DNA from: an uncultured Halobacteriales archaeon
GTDB lineage: Archaea; Halobacteriota; Halobacteria; Halobacteriales; SKSH01
Direction of reading: 5' to 3'
DNA: 64,000 bases
NCBI GenBank assembly: GCA_964579125.1
Contig: CAZOFG010000006.1
Coordinates: forward strand, 15,857-79,856
Shown here piece after piece: positions 29,301-39,396 of this stretch; the stretch's first letter is position 1, and every line of letters starts with the position of its first letter. Below the pieces are notes generated by a model. It saw only the letters and a list, made by a program, of their open reading frames with translations, was not told the DNA's origin and made no database searches. A program made the position numbers and the translations under genes.

Positions 29301-29705
29301 TCAGTCAGGAACTGTGATTTGTGTGATGTTCAGCGGGCGATTCTGCCGATCGAAGGCTGCAACGTTGGCGGGATCCCAGGGAGGGACGGCGATGAGCAGT
29401 CGTTCGGCCATGTCGTCGCTCGTCGTCACCGTCGGCGGTCCGTTTGGATGGGTATGGAAGACCCCTTGCGTCTCGCCTGGCGGCGTACCCAAATTCACAC
29501 CGAAGACGAATTCGACGGATGAGCCGGCTTTCGGAAAGAAATACGTGGTGAATATGGGGGTTTCCGGGGGGAGGTCCAGACCATCGTCGATGGCTTCGAC
29601 CGGTTCAGCGGCCAATTGGATCGACACTGGATCCGGATCCGTCCGACGTGCTTGATCAAGGAGCACCTCGAGGAGCGTTTCTGAGATGTATAGCTCATCG
29701 GCCAT
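29301..29705 (-). CDS. MPN/JAB-domain (JAMM-like) protein
   Basis: FHTHPNGPPTVTTSD matches H-x-H-x7-[S/T]-x2-D; LLIAVPPW C-terminal strand. Confidence 0.7.
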   Translation of the reverse strand: MADELYISETLLEVLLDQARRTDPDPVSIQLAAEPVEAIDDGLDLPPETPIFTTYFFPKAGSSVEFVFGVNLGTPPGETQGVFHTHPNGPPTVTTSDDMAERLLIAVPPWDPANVAAFDRQNRPLNITQITVPD

Positions 29706-29716
29706 ACCTTCGTTCT

Positions 29717-30370
29717 TCATCGAAGTGCGGCTTTCACACCGCCAACGATGGCTTTCGGAATTCGAACCCTCGAGCGGCGAAGGACCGTCTCGATGTCCGA
29801 TTGCTGGACAGGATCCAGCGGCTGGCCGTGTCCCACGAACAACCGATCAACGTCACGGTTTTCCAACATCGATCGCGGTGGTCGCAATCGCAACATCGGA
29901 TGTACCCCAACCGGTTCATCCCCCGCTCGAAAGTATCGCGTCGTCCCCAACGTTTCGGGCACGAACAGTCGTCCGTGTTTGGCGTCGAAAAGCATTACCT
30001 CGAGCCAAAATCGATTGGCTACGAGGGTAATCGGCATGAGGTGATCCGGCAGGATTGCCTCAACGGGGCGGGTTTCTCCTTCCAGGCCTGCGCGTGACGC
30101 AGTGAGGGCTTCTGGCAAGTAAATCGGGATATCGTATTCACGCGCGAGTCGATCCGCGTCGCGGGTATGCCGATCGAATAGGACAACAATGCCAGTCGGT
30201 TCGCCAACCGGGGCAATAACGGAATCAAGGTCGTCGACTGCGAGTGGATCGATGAGGAGCACTTCATCGCCGAATGCGGCTGCATGACTCGCTCGCTGCA
30301 TCGTTTCCTCGGGATGGGCGATCCAGGTGACGGTGTGATCGGTTGCCGATTGCCAGACGGTTTCACTCAT
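29717..30370 (-). CDS. Degenerate metallo-beta-lactamase-fold protein
   Basis: MQRASHA, VLLIDP, VLFDRHTRDAD and LFVGHG. Confidence 0.7.
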   Translation of the reverse strand: MSETVWQSATDHTVTWIAHPEETMQRASHAAAFGDEVLLIDPLAVDDLDSVIAPVGEPTGIVVLFDRHTRDADRLAREYDIPIYLPEALTASRAGLEGETRPVEAILPDHLMPITLVANRFWLEVMLFDAKHGRLFVPETLGTTRYFRAGDEPVGVHPMLRLRPPRSMLENRDVDRLFVGHGQPLDPVQQSDIETVLRRSRVRIPKAIVGGVKAALR

Positions 30371-30389
30371 TGGGTCGAGAGTGGTCGAC

Positions 30390-30737
30390 TCATTTGAGCC
30401 GCTCCGTGTCGACATCGATCCCCGGTGGCGCGACGACGAGAAAGCCTCTGAAATGGACCAATTCCCCACCCGCCTCGTAGATATCGCGGGCAAACCCGGC
30501 AGCCAATTCGTTTACGTCCCCCTCGATCGATAAAAATAGTACTCGGCCGGATTCGACCACATCAACCCATTCAGTTGGCTCGGTAGTCCCATCGAGCACG
30601 CCGAGTTCTACATCAACGTCACGATCGATGTCGGCAACGTCAGGGTGTTCGTGGTCGCTGTCGTCCTCGGCCGATTCCGCGGGCGGTTCCTCTATTTCCT
30701 CCTCGATAGCCCGCAGATCGAGTTCGAACTCATCCAT
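30390..30737 (-). CDS. DUF5779-like conserved haloarchaeal protein
   Basis: FELDLRAIEE, LGVLDGTT and GGELVHFRGFLVVAPPG. Confidence 0.8.
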   Translation of the reverse strand: MDEFELDLRAIEEEIEEPPAESAEDDSDHEHPDVADIDRDVDVELGVLDGTTEPTEWVDVVESGRVLFLSIEGDVNELAAGFARDIYEAGGELVHFRGFLVVAPPGIDVDTERLK

Positions 30738-30779
30738 GCGTGTGCAACGTAGGTGGCGGCCATAAAGGTCGGCACCGAG

Positions 30780-31241
30780 TTACGCACCTTCGACGGCGGC
30801 GCAGAGGTTCTGCCACTCACCGGCGTCTTTGATACGTTGCTCCAGCGAATCGCTGTACTCATTGATGAGCGATTCGGCATCATGTCGTCGGTCGTCCGAA
30901 TTACCAGTATTCGACCCCCCACCGCCCATACCGAGACGATTCATGATGGTGCCCATGACGCCCTTCCTGTCGTTGTCTTGTTGGTCTCCGGCGACGGGAC
31001 CGGTCGCTGCAACGTCGGGAACATCATTGGCCGCCGAAACCGCCGTATCGAGGTCATCAAGACGCGGTTCGATGTGAGCGTGTTCTGGTGTCGCGGGGTC
31101 TGCGAGCTCGAATTCGACGACTGACATGATAACATCCCATTCGGCATTTGAGAAGGAAGACTCGGCGAGTCGGTCCGTGAACTGCTGGTCGACAGCCATT
31201 CGATGGCCGACAATAAACTCGGCGGGAATGGGTTCGCCCAT
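30780..31241 (-). CDS. DUF5799-like conserved haloarchaeal protein
   Basis: IVGHRMAVDQQF and WDVIMSVVEFE; Gly-rich linker. Confidence 0.78.
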   Translation of the reverse strand: MGEPIPAEFIVGHRMAVDQQFTDRLAESSFSNAEWDVIMSVVEFELADPATPEHAHIEPRLDDLDTAVSAANDVPDVAATGPVAGDQQDNDRKGVMGTIMNRLGMGGGGSNTGNSDDRRHDAESLINEYSDSLEQRIKDAGEWQNLCAAVEGA

Positions 31242-31246
31242 GTGTA

Positions 31247-31642
31247 TCAAACGGTCGTCCCGTTTAGCGTGATCGAAGCGGCGAGTTCGGATTTAAGGGC
31301 ATCGTGGACTTTACACAGCGATTCCGCCCGCTCCACGACGGCCTCGATTTCGTCCCCCGATAATTCGGCGTCGGTCTCGATATCGAAGCTGATCGCCTCG
31401 AGTTTATCGTCCTCGTTGAGTTGCCCCTCGACGTCGAAGTCGATCGTTCCCAACTCACCGATATCGCGTTGATCCGCACCCACACGTAATGCGGGAACGA
31501 AGCAGGCCACGTACGTACCGAGAAGTGTTTCTAGTGTATTCGGCGTGTCATTGCCTGTTGCGTCGATTTCGAGGGGCAAGTCCCTGATCGTCGCTGCCGT
31601 GGTAAACCCCTCGTCTGATGTGGCTGTGAATGTGATACTCAT
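31247..31642 (-). CDS. OsmC/Ohr-family protein
   Basis: TLLGTYVACFVPALR and AESLCKVHDAL carry the two family Cys residues. Confidence 0.85.
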   Translation of the reverse strand: MSITFTATSDEGFTTAATIRDLPLEIDATGNDTPNTLETLLGTYVACFVPALRVGADQRDIGELGTIDFDVEGQLNEDDKLEAISFDIETDAELSGDEIEAVVERAESLCKVHDALKSELAASITLNGTTV

Positions 31643-31696
31643 TGCGGCCGAGGGTTCGGGCTGCGCTCTCAAAGGATCGTCGCTTGGATACGGTTA

Positions 31697-32425
31697 TCAG
31701 ACCAGTTCCGACAATGATACGGTTTCATCTCCCGAGAGTGCGTGGACGTCGGCCGTCGAGCCAGTTGCCGCCACTTCGCGTTCGAAGTCGCCGAGGTCGA
31801 CCTCGATCGGAGGGAACGTATCGTAATGGATCGGAATCACAGATTCGACACCCAGCCAATCGGTCGCAATGGCCGCTTGTTGTGGTCCCATCGTGAAGTG
31901 ATCGCCCACAGGAAGTGCGGCCACATCTGGCTGAATGAACGTTCCGAGGACATCGCGCATCTCGGTCATCAATGCGGTATCGCCTGCGTGATAGAATGCA
32001 GTTGCCTCGTCGTCGGGTAAGTGGGTTGGCTCGTCAGTACTGATGACGTACCCGGCAGGGAGGTCAGCTGTGACCTCATAGTCCGTGTCGATCCCGTTCG
32101 TGTGATCGGCGCGGTGCATTGTGACGTATACATCTCCGAGACCCACGGTTCCACCCAGATTCATCCCGATGGAATTCGCGACATCGTATTCGTCTTCCAC
32201 GTACGACGCGATTTCCGGCGTCGCGACCACGGTACTGTCCTCGAATGCGTCGATATCTCCAATGTGATCGGCGTGGCCATGGGTCAGCAGTACGTACTCC
32301 GGTGTCGCTAGCGTCGTCGGATCGGTTTCGGTGTGAGGGTTCCCCTCGAAGAACGGGTCGATCAGTAGGTCCGTGCTCTCAACCTCAAGCAGCATCGTGG
32401 AATGGCCGAAGTAGGTGAGATCCAT
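31697..32425 (-). CDS. Metal-dependent hydrolase, MBL fold (UPF0173)
   Basis: LTYFGHS, IDPF, THGHADHIGD, YHAGDT and IPIHYDTF. Confidence 0.9.
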   Translation of the reverse strand: MDLTYFGHSTMLLEVESTDLLIDPFFEGNPHTETDPTTLATPEYVLLTHGHADHIGDIDAFEDSTVVATPEIASYVEDEYDVANSIGMNLGGTVGLGDVYVTMHRADHTNGIDTDYEVTADLPAGYVISTDEPTHLPDDEATAFYHAGDTALMTEMRDVLGTFIQPDVAALPVGDHFTMGPQQAAIATDWLGVESVIPIHYDTFPPIEVDLGDFEREVAATGSTADVHALSGDETVSLSELV

Positions 32426-32524
32426 GCCTATTCGATGTACGGCCATGCGCTTCATAAAGGTATGAGACTGGTCTGTCGATGGATTCGACAACCCCTTACG
32501 GGCTGGTCGGGTAGCCTGTCTTAC

Positions 32525-34450
32525 ATGAGCGAGTGTATCATCTGTGGCACCGAGGTGGAGGGCGCCGATATTTGTTCGATCCACGAAGAGGACGTCCTCT
32601 TTACGTTCACCGGCTCGGATCCGCACGATCTCGTCGAAGGACGATATTACGAGGGGACCGTCGACGGTCTCGCCGATTTCGGCGTTTTCGTCGATCTCGG
32701 GAACGGTGTAACCGGATTACTCCATCGCAATGAACTCGATCAACGGCTCGAATCGCTGGATTGGACCGAAGGGAAGACCGTCTGTGTCCAGGTGAAGGGC
32801 ATCGACGAGTCGGGTGAAGTCGATCTGGCCTCATCGATTCGACAGTCATCTGCTGAATTCCGGGGGACGCTCGAACACGGCGCTGACGCAGGGCCAGCAC
32901 CGGATCCCGAAAGCGTCCACTCGGAGTCGGATTCGTCGTCCCTCCTCAGCGGTCGCATGATGGATGAGGATCTCGATCGGACGAAGATCCGGTCAATTGA
33001 GCAATTCTTCGGCCGTGACGTCGTGCTCGAAGGGGTGGTAACGGATATCCGGCAAACGGCGGGGCCAACCGTGTTTACCCTGACTGATGAGTCGGGATCG
33101 GTCGAATGTGCGGCCTTCGCTGGGGCAGGCGTTCGGGCTTACCCTGACCTCGAAGACGAGGATCCGGTTAGGCTGCGTGGGACCGTGGAACATCGCTTTG
33201 ACGACTTTCAAATCGAAGTAGAGGCGCTCGAACGGCTGGAGGGGCTAGAGGCAGAGGATGTGGTCCAACGGGTCGCGACCGGCGAGTCGATTCCCGAATC
33301 GATCGATGAGTTGCCGCTTCTGTATGCTGATCCGGCCAATGAGGCGATCGAAACGGAACTGCGGGAGGCTGCGGCAACGATGCGAAAAGCGGTCGAAGCT
33401 GATCGGACGATCAGACTCAGACATCCCGTGACGGTTGATGGTTATGTAGCCGCCGCTGCACTTGAGCGTGGAATCGAGGCGACAGCCGTCGAGGACGGTG
33501 AATTCGAGCGTGGGCGGGTGCATCGGCGCCCCCTCGAAGATCCAGTGTACGATCTCGCCGCCGCCATCGAGGACATCGAGGATCTCGTTGCTGACCCAAC
33601 TGACCCGAACGCGATGGTCGTTCTCGTCTCGATGGGCAGCGATACTCCCGCGACTGAGGCATTCGACCTATTGGATGCATACGGTGTCGAGTATTACGTT
33701 ATCGACACGACCAATCCAAAGCCAAGCACGCTAGATCGAGTCGATCCGCTCGTCAATCCATGGTGTGGTGAGGGAACTTATCCGATTCCCACGACGACAT
33801 CCCTCGCCGTCAATGTCGCTGGATTGTTGGCCGAATCAAACAGAGACGACTTCGTTCATCTCCCGGCCGTGTGTGAACCGGAGGACCGACCGGCCACGGC
33901 CGACCGCTTGATGGCGGACAGTTCATACGACGATACCGATGTAGGTCGGATGAATGAGGCGATCGCTATCGAGGCCTACTACCAACCCTGGGAGGACAAA
34001 CGCGCCCTGATTCGCAATCTCCTCTTCGAACGGCCCCCGGGATCGATTCAACCGATCAGTGACCAGTACCGTGAGAAGTTGGACCGCGCGGTTGAGACGG
34101 CTCGTCATAATGCGAGAGTCAGCGAGGTCGATGGAACGACGTTTCTTGCGCTCGATACCGCCTCCTTCGGGAATCGATTCGAATTTCCTCCGGATCGCGT
34201 TTTGTTGCGGGAGTTACTCGCGGCGGAACACGACGGAGACGCGATCGGCGTCGCGATCGGGGAGAATGCTCTGACGGTCGTGGGGGCAGATTCGATCGAT
34301 CTCCGATCGCTTGCGGACGCGCTGGATACGCGTTTACCGGAGGCCGGAATCGATCTTCAGGGCGACCAATCCGGACAGATCAGGTTTTTGCAGGGCTGTC
34401 GTGACGAGTTGCCCGCGGCGACCGTCGACGCGATCGCGGCGACGGTCTAA
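32525..34450 (+). CDS. RecJ/DHH-family protein with Zn finger, S1 and OB domains; DHH catalytic motifs degenerate
   Basis: CIIC...CSIH; S1 domain (GTVDGLADFGVFVD); OB domain (QTAGPTVFTL); RHPVTVDG and VIDTTNP replace DxDG and DHH. Confidence 0.82.
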   Translation: MSECIICGTEVEGADICSIHEEDVLFTFTGSDPHDLVEGRYYEGTVDGLADFGVFVDLGNGVTGLLHRNELDQRLESLDWTEGKTVCVQVKGIDESGEVDLASSIRQSSAEFRGTLEHGADAGPAPDPESVHSESDSSSLLSGRMMDEDLDRTKIRSIEQFFGRDVVLEGVVTDIRQTAGPTVFTLTDESGSVECAAFAGAGVRAYPDLEDEDPVRLRGTVEHRFDDFQIEVEALERLEGLEAEDVVQRVATGESIPESIDELPLLYADPANEAIETELREAAATMRKAVEADRTIRLRHPVTVDGYVAAAALERGIEATAVEDGEFERGRVHRRPLEDPVYDLAAAIEDIEDLVADPTDPNAMVVLVSMGSDTPATEAFDLLDAYGVEYYVIDTTNPKPSTLDRVDPLVNPWCGEGTYPIPTTTSLAVNVAGLLAESNRDDFVHLPAVCEPEDRPATADRLMADSSYDDTDVGRMNEAIAIEAYYQPWEDKRALIRNLLFERPPGSIQPISDQYREKLDRAVETARHNARVSEVDGTTFLALDTASFGNRFEFPPDRVLLRELLAAEHDGDAIGVAIGENALTVVGADSIDLRSLADALDTRLPEAGIDLQGDQSGQIRFLQGCRDELPAATVDAIAATV

Positions 34451-34495
34451 CCGGAGTCGCTTTCCCGATCGAACCGTAATCATCGCCATAGCACG

Positions 34496-36151
34496 ATGGG
34501 ATCGGCTGAATCAACTGGCGAACGCTCCGAGGCGTTCGAGCAGGTTTGCCAAACCATCCTCCAAGAGATCGCGGCAGGGCAACTCGATCGTGAGGACCTT
34601 GAGCACCGAAAGCGAGAGCTCTGTGGGAATTACGGGGGAACGGCCGTTCCGAGCAATGGGGATATTCTCCAGCGCGCACCCTCGGATCTGCGCGATCAGG
34701 TCGAACCGGTGTTACGCCGAAAACCAGTGCGGACCGCGTCCGGCGTCTCACCGGTCGCGTTGATGACGAGCCCAGCCTCTTGCCCCCATGGCCGTTGTCT
34801 CTACTGTCCTGGGGGGCCGGACTCGGAGTTCGAAAGTGCTCAAAGTTACACCGGTAATGAACCTGCAGCTGCGCGAGGCCAACAGGTCGAATACGATCCC
34901 TATCAACAGGTCAGACTTCGGCTCGCGCAACTCCGCCACATCGGCCATCCGACCGACAAAGTCGAACTCATCCTCATGGGCGGGACCCTCCCGGCTCGGA
35001 GTCACGACTATCAGGAGTGGGTGGTCAAGCGGGCCCTCCGGGCGATGAACGAGTTCGATCCGTCTGAGCCACCAACACCGGATGAAGTGGTATCGAGTTC
35101 GCCGCCCGCCTCGTTCGAATACCTCGAGGACGTTATTGAGCGAAACGAACGCTCACGGGTTCGAAACGTTGCAACGACCTTCGAAACCAAACCCGACTGG
35201 TGTGGCCCGGAACAGATCGATCGGATGCTCCGACTCGGTGGGACCAAAGTCGAACTGGGCGTCCAGACTACCTTCGAGCGGGTCAATCGCGAGTTGAATC
35301 GTGGGCACGGCACTGACGCCTCGATCCGGGCGAATCGGCGCCTTCGGGATGCCGGATTCAAAGTTGGCTTCCACATGATGCCCGGCCAGCCGGGCACCAC
35401 GCCGGAGATGGCCGTGGCCGACATGGATCGGTTGTTCGATCGCCCGGAGTGGCGGCCGGATTATCTCAAGATTTATCCCACCCTCGTCGTCCCGGGAACG
35501 GTGATCTACGATTGGTGGCGTCGGGGGCGGTTTGAGCCTTTGGACAGTGACGAGGCCGCCGCGTTAGTCGCTCGGCTCAAAGAACGGGTTGCCCCGTATA
35601 CCCGGATCCAACGGGTACAACGCGATATCCCCGCAGATTTCATCGAGGCCGGGGTCCAGAAATCGAATCTCCGACAACTTGCCCGAGAGCGCCTTCACGA
35701 TCGGGGCGGCTCGTGTTCTTGCATTCGCTGTCGCGAAGCGGGCCATCAGGATGATGGACACGATCCCGAGAACCTCGAAATGCGCGTCCGCCGGTACGAG
35801 GCGGTCGGGGGGATGGAGCATTTCATTAGCATCGAGAGTGCATCCGGCGACACACTCGTAGGTTTTTGCCGACTTCGCTTTCCTGGCGCTCCCCATCGTC
35901 CGGAACTCGAATCGGCCGCCGTGATCAGAGATCTACACGTGTATGGACAGGAACAACCGCTCGGAACTGATGCCGAATCATTCCAACACCGTGGGTTTGG
36001 CCAACGACTCGTCGACCGAGCGGAGACGATCACTCGCGACGGGGGGTACGATAAAATAGCTGTAATCAGCGGCATCGGCGTCCGCGGGTATTATCGAGAG
36101 AAATTGGGGTATCATCAAGACGGTCCGTACGTCTCGAAACACCTCGGATGA
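34496..36151 (+). CDS. elp3: Elp3 tRNA U34 modification radical SAM/GNAT enzyme
   Basis: RTASGVSPVA, CPHGRCLYC, SYTGNEP, VELGVQT, LKIYPTLV, QRDIP and QHRGFG. Confidence 0.96.
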   Translation: MGSAESTGERSEAFEQVCQTILQEIAAGQLDREDLEHRKRELCGNYGGTAVPSNGDILQRAPSDLRDQVEPVLRRKPVRTASGVSPVALMTSPASCPHGRCLYCPGGPDSEFESAQSYTGNEPAAARGQQVEYDPYQQVRLRLAQLRHIGHPTDKVELILMGGTLPARSHDYQEWVVKRALRAMNEFDPSEPPTPDEVVSSSPPASFEYLEDVIERNERSRVRNVATTFETKPDWCGPEQIDRMLRLGGTKVELGVQTTFERVNRELNRGHGTDASIRANRRLRDAGFKVGFHMMPGQPGTTPEMAVADMDRLFDRPEWRPDYLKIYPTLVVPGTVIYDWWRRGRFEPLDSDEAAALVARLKERVAPYTRIQRVQRDIPADFIEAGVQKSNLRQLARERLHDRGGSCSCIRCREAGHQDDGHDPENLEMRVRRYEAVGGMEHFISIESASGDTLVGFCRLRFPGAPHRPELESAAVIRDLHVYGQEQPLGTDAESFQHRGFGQRLVDRAETITRDGGYDKIAVISGIGVRGYYREKLGYHQDGPYVSKHLG

Positions 36152-36205
36152 GTGTGGCTCAATCCGGTTCCGGCCCTTTTTTGCGCTGGTTGTGCACGAG
36201 CAGGT

Positions 36206-38278
36206 ATGGACCCGAAGCGTGAACTAGCCAGCGTCGATTTAGCGGCACTCGTCGGAGAGTTGTCGGTGGTACAGGGCGCGCGCTTTCGGAAGGCCTACCT
36301 CCACCCCGGAGAGGCGCTCTTTCGGTTCAAATTGCGGGATTTCGATCGCGGTCGGCAGGATCTCCTTTGTCAGGTGGGTGAATGGAAACGGCTCCATCTC
36401 GTTGCGCAAGCGGATGTGCCGACTGCACCGGATCGGCCACCAAATTTCGCGAAGATGCTTCGAAATGCCTTGGGTGGAACGACTCTGGAATCGATCGAGC
36501 AAGTCGGATTCGATCGGATCGTCGAGTTCGAGTTCAGCCGAGATGACGAGGCTATCACGGTCGTTGCTGAGCTGTTCGGCGATGGAAATCTCGTGGTTAT
36601 CGATGACGAAGGAACGATCACCGATTGCCTGCGGACGGTCCAATTACAATCCAGGACGGTTCGGTCGGGTGGATCCTACGAGCCACCCGAGGCGCGGGTA
36701 AATCCACTGGAGTTGTCCCGGGAGGCGTTCCAGGAGGAAATGGCAGATTCGACGACAGATCTCGTTCGGACGCTCGCGACCCAACTGAACTTCGGGGGAC
36801 TATACGCCGAAGAACTGTGTTCCCGGGCGAATGTCCCGAAGGAACGGTCCATCGAGGCAGCTGATACCGACGATTTCGACGCTATATATGAGGAACTCCG
36901 AACGCTCGCGGACACCCTTTCCAACGGTTCCCTGACACCGACGGTATACGAGGATGACACCGGGGTCGTCGATGTCGCACCGGTGCCATTGATCGAACGG
37001 TCTGACTTCGAGGCCGAGACGTTTCAGACCATGTCCGAGGCAGTAGCAACCTACTTCGATCGCCTTGCAGAACGGGGCGAAGACGATCCGGAGACCGAAG
37101 CGGGGGAGGAACGCGCCAGATTAGAGCGTATCATTGAGCAACAGGAGCAGGCAATCGAAGAGTATGCGGCCGAAGCAGATCGTCACCGACGGATGGCTGA
37201 GGCGCTATACGCCAACTACGACATAGTCGATGAGTTGCTGGAGGCAATTCGTGGGGCGCGATCTTCAGGGTATGATTGGGAGGCGATTGAAGACCGCCTT
37301 GACGCCGGGGCCGATTCGGGTATCCCTGCGGCAGAAATCGTCACTGCGGTCGATACAACCGACGGAGAACTCACACTGGACCTGGCGGGCGAATCGATCC
37401 CAGTCGATCCGCACACGGATGTTGAACACAATGCCGATCGGCTCTACTCAGCAGCCAAGGAGATCGAAGACAAACGCAGTGGGGCCAAGGACGCGTTGGC
37501 CGAGACGCGGACCGAGTTAGCAGCGTTGGAGGATGAAACATCGACACCAGCTCCCGATCAATCGGCCACTGATGACCCGGATTGGCTCAGCCGCACATCG
37601 ATTCCGATCAAGCGACCAGATTATTGGTACGAACAGTTTCGTTGGTTTCACAGCTCTGATGGGTTCCTCGTAATTGGGGGTCGGTCGGCCAAACAAAACG
37701 AAGAACTCGTCAAGAAATACGTCGAACCAACGGATCGTATTCTCCATAGCCAGGCGCATGGTGGCCCGATCACGGTCGTCAAGGCGACGGCACCAGACGA
37801 ACCGGCAACGACAGTCGAGTTTCCTACTCGAACACTCGAGGAAGCCGCTCAATTCGCCGTTTCGTATTCCTCTGTATGGCGTGATGGCCGATACGCGGGC
37901 GATGCGTACGCGGTGGATCCCGGGCAAGTGACGAAGAATCCGGAAAGCGGTGAATTCCTCGAGACGGGCAGTTTCGCGATTCGGGGCGAACGTGACTATT
38001 TCCGAGATGTCCCAGTTGGTATCGCGATTGGGATCACCTGTGAGCCGGAGACACGTGTTATTGGCGGGCCTCCGGATCCAGTCCAAACTCGAGCGGAGAC
38101 CGCCATTCGGCTCGAACCGGGACGGTTCGCGAAGAACGACGTTGCGACGCGTATCTATCGACGCTTCCAAGAGCGATTTGCCGATGAATCGTTCGTCAGA
38201 TCCGTCGCCGATACCGATGAACTCCAGCGCTTTCTCCCGCCCGGGGGATCGCGAATCGTCGAGGGGTCCGATTCATGA
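36206..38278 (+). CDS. rqcH: Ribosome quality-control factor RqcH (NFACT/NEMF family)
   Basis: QVGFDRI, ELFGDGN, long coiled coil, WYEQFRWF...GGRSAKQNE and GSFAIRGER. Confidence 0.92.
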   Translation: MDPKRELASVDLAALVGELSVVQGARFRKAYLHPGEALFRFKLRDFDRGRQDLLCQVGEWKRLHLVAQADVPTAPDRPPNFAKMLRNALGGTTLESIEQVGFDRIVEFEFSRDDEAITVVAELFGDGNLVVIDDEGTITDCLRTVQLQSRTVRSGGSYEPPEARVNPLELSREAFQEEMADSTTDLVRTLATQLNFGGLYAEELCSRANVPKERSIEAADTDDFDAIYEELRTLADTLSNGSLTPTVYEDDTGVVDVAPVPLIERSDFEAETFQTMSEAVATYFDRLAERGEDDPETEAGEERARLERIIEQQEQAIEEYAAEADRHRRMAEALYANYDIVDELLEAIRGARSSGYDWEAIEDRLDAGADSGIPAAEIVTAVDTTDGELTLDLAGESIPVDPHTDVEHNADRLYSAAKEIEDKRSGAKDALAETRTELAALEDETSTPAPDQSATDDPDWLSRTSIPIKRPDYWYEQFRWFHSSDGFLVIGGRSAKQNEELVKKYVEPTDRILHSQAHGGPITVVKATAPDEPATTVEFPTRTLEEAAQFAVSYSSVWRDGRYAGDAYAVDPGQVTKNPESGEFLETGSFAIRGERDYFRDVPVGIAIGITCEPETRVIGGPPDPVQTRAETAIRLEPGRFAKNDVATRIYRRFQERFADESFVRSVADTDELQRFLPPGGSRIVEGSDS

Positions 38279-38314
38279 CGATACTCATACGTATGACCGC
38301 ATACCCCTTCGCGT

Positions 38315-39385
38315 ATGCGCGTTGAGTCGCTGTCGCCAGCGGATCCAACGAAGGAACGCGTCGAGATCGTCCCGGACTCGACGGAGGATCTGTGGCACCT
38401 GCAGTACGTAATAGAGTCGGGGGATCTCCTCGCCGCGGAGACGGATCGCCGGATCCAACGCGACGATGACCGACTCCGCGATACTGGTGGCCAACGCGAA
38501 TCCATCCATGTCACGCTGCGAGTCGATTCGGTCGAATTCCATCGGTTCTCGGATCGGCTTCGGGTGGGTGGCGAAATCGTCGAGGCTTCACGAGAGGATC
38601 AACTCGGGCACCACCACACGATCAATCTCGAAGTCCATGACGCATTCGAACTGGAAAAGACGTTCAAATCCGACCAGTGGGAGCGTCTCGAAGAGGCTCA
38701 ATCGGCCACGGGCGATCCTGCGGTCGTTGTCGTCACGATAGAGGAAGGACGTGCAGATTTCTTTGATGTTGAAGCCCATGGACCTGAGCATCGCACGACG
38801 GTCGTCACCGGATCAGGCAAGCGTTCCGGCACATCGGAGCGCGCGACCCTGTACGACGAGATCGCATCGATCCTGTCGCGGGATGACAGCGACGCCGTCG
38901 TGTTGGCGGGCCCCGGATTCGTCAAAGAAGACGTCAAAGCGGTCCTCTTGGAACGATATCCTGACCTTGGTGACAGCATTCGAACCGTCGATACGAGTTC
39001 GATCGGCGAACGAGGTGTCCAGGAAGTGGTGCAACGGGGGGTCATCGATGATGTACGAACCGAAACCCGGCTGGCTCGTGAAGCCGATTTGATCGATGAA
39101 TTGAAAACCAGACTTCGTGAATCGCCTGGATTGGTCACCTACGGCCCCTCGGAAGTGGCTCGTGCAAGCGAACTCGGTGCGGTGGAAACTGTTTGTGTGG
39201 TGGACGACAGACTCCGGATCGAACGATCGCCGGAGGGCGAGTGGGATATCGATATAGACGCAGTCATCGAGCGGGTCGAACAGCAGGGTGGATCGGTTCG
39301 AGTGTTCTCCGCCGAGGGTGAGCCCGGACGAGAACTCGACGGTCTTGGCGGTATCGCTGCGCTCTTGCGATATCAACTGGACTAA
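38315..39385 (+). CDS. pelA: Pelota/Dom34 ribosome rescue factor
   Basis: DLWHLQYVI, RLRVGGEI, HHTIN, LAGPGFVK and LGGIAALLRY. Confidence 0.94.
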   Translation: MRVESLSPADPTKERVEIVPDSTEDLWHLQYVIESGDLLAAETDRRIQRDDDRLRDTGGQRESIHVTLRVDSVEFHRFSDRLRVGGEIVEASREDQLGHHHTINLEVHDAFELEKTFKSDQWERLEEAQSATGDPAVVVVTIEEGRADFFDVEAHGPEHRTTVVTGSGKRSGTSERATLYDEIASILSRDDSDAVVLAGPGFVKEDVKAVLLERYPDLGDSIRTVDTSSIGERGVQEVVQRGVIDDVRTETRLAREADLIDELKTRLRESPGLVTYGPSEVARASELGAVETVCVVDDRLRIERSPEGEWDIDIDAVIERVEQQGGSVRVFSAEGEPGRELDGLGGIAALLRYQLD

Positions 39386-39396
39386 GACAACCCTCG

